Shown here: positions 62,901 to 64,000 of the stretch, piece after piece
How positions within the stretch are numbered: position 1 is the stretch's first letter
Layout: the number at the start of each line of letters is the position of its first letter
DNA from: Raillietiella orientalis
Taxonomy: Eukaryota
Assembly: GCA_036172245.1 (NCBI GenBank)
Contig: JAYWIR010000022.1
Location: 744,001-808,000, forward strand
Length of the DNA: 64,000 nt
Reading direction: 5' to 3'
Translations under genes and position numbers: made by a program
The notes under the pieces: model-generated
Told to the model about the DNA's origin: nothing
The model's input: the letters and a program-made list of their open reading frames with translations, nothing else
Databases searched by the model: none

Positions 62901-63487
62901 TGCCACCCGGCATTCCTATGCAGAGGGTGATTGGACATCCCGTCGTGTTCCTCCGCCAGCAACGTAATCGAGCGAAGTGGGTGACCGCGGACCTCGCCCT
63001 GGCCAGCGGTTGCGTGAGCAGATGGACGTCGGCCTTTCGCGGGCCTCTGCCGTCCTCGGAAGAATGCCCGAAAGGAGGCACCAGAGAGGATTCGACAGTC
63101 TCGCCACATGGATCAGCCGCCTGGGCAGTGCCTCCTTAGGCGGACCGCACGTCGCTCGAGGTATCCTCACGTAGTTCGGGGACCCTCCTGTGGACACTCC
63201 CAAGGGAGACCAGACCGCGTCCATCGCTGCACCAAAAGCCGAGACCTTCTCGGCTTCTGCCTGTTCGATGGAGCGCCTCACTCCTGCGAATGGACTCGAA
63301 GGACGTATCGAGTGCGTTTGCTGGGGTACGCGCCGGTGACGGGAGGAGCAAGTCACGTGCACATGCCGGGTGCAGAGCTGCAGGGGGAGTTGCAGAATGG
63401 AATGTGCCGGTATACAACCAGCACCAGTTCAAAGAGCAGTCTGAAGAGCATGGGGCTCGAGCTAACGCTGCTTCATTCTTCCTCTGA

Positions 63488-64000
63488 TTTTCACCCTGTT
63501 GCGGCGAGGCGTTTATTCCGAAAAAGAATAAACTATCTGGGAACAGAGTTCTCAGACAAAGGGAAAAGAAGTCGGAGGGGAGGGCTCCCCGATACGCAGG
63601 TCGGTCACATCGAAAGTCCGGAACGGGGGGAGAAGGGACCACAAATAAATATATACAAAATAAAAAAAAGGATATGGGGGGGAGAGCAAGGCTGCCACTC
63701 CCCTTGCAGCAGCGCTGTCTGCTGCTCTAAGGGCAAGAGATAACAGTTGCCAACCGGCAGGTTGGAACGTAGACTGCACGATCGCAGGAGAATGCAAATC
63801 CCTGGGCGGCTGGAAGACGAGTGAACAGACGCTGTTGCTCCTCGTAATTGTACGAAGGGACTCTTGAATGTGCCCCCGAAGAACTTATGATCCCTACCTC
63901 ATGCGTGGACACTTCTGAATTCTCCCTTCTGTGGAAACAGAAAGTGCTTCTGCTGGTGCACTGGGGCTTCCATTGCAATCACCGCACGAACATTGTTTCC
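63488..64000. mobile_element. LINE antisense 3' UTR joined to sense ORF2 zinc-finger region, running off the window edge
   Basis: 63488-63680 matches 11228-11440; 63744-64000 matches 11501-11780 (ctgcacgatcgcaggag, cccccgaagaactt, tgctggtgca.tgggg.ttccattgcaa). Confidence 0.85.

Noticed and set aside
1..64000. CRISPR array, tRNA/rRNA genes or prokaryotic defence/retron-type system
   Set aside because: No regularly spaced repeats, structural RNA signatures or operon-like ORFs; all RT motifs belong to decayed eukaryotic retrotransposons

Overview
Eukaryotic, probably arthropod, genomic DNA; this is inferred from spliceosomal introns, mariner and P-like relics and a possible ZAD zinc-finger relic. 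I found no prokaryotic system, CRISPR array or structural RNA gene. The one clearly intact gene is a minus-strand SLC26/prestin-family anion transporter. Twelve coding exons (26635 to 14910, about 630 codons) join in phase from TM1 to the STAS C-terminus, but its first coding exon was not found. Its anion-binding residues deviate from the family consensus (IPQG to IPLG, SLSRS to APPRS), and one intron appears to be GC-AG. The rest of the window, introns included, is a dense field of decayed elements: L1/Tx1-like, RTE-like and R4-like LINE fragments, DIRS-like pieces, a THAP/P-element relic, up to three NACHT-like relics, and possible RING/B-box and ZAD-C2H2 pseudogenes. Notable structures are a ~900-bp palindromic mariner derivative with perfectly identical 256-bp inner arms, a near-identical 667-bp element in inverted orientation on both sides of the SLC26 gene, a conserved AATAAA-plus-hairpin LINE 3' end seen five times, and the same inversion junction in two LINE copies 52 kb apart. 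Relic assignments come from motif recognition by eye and need profile-HMM confirmation.
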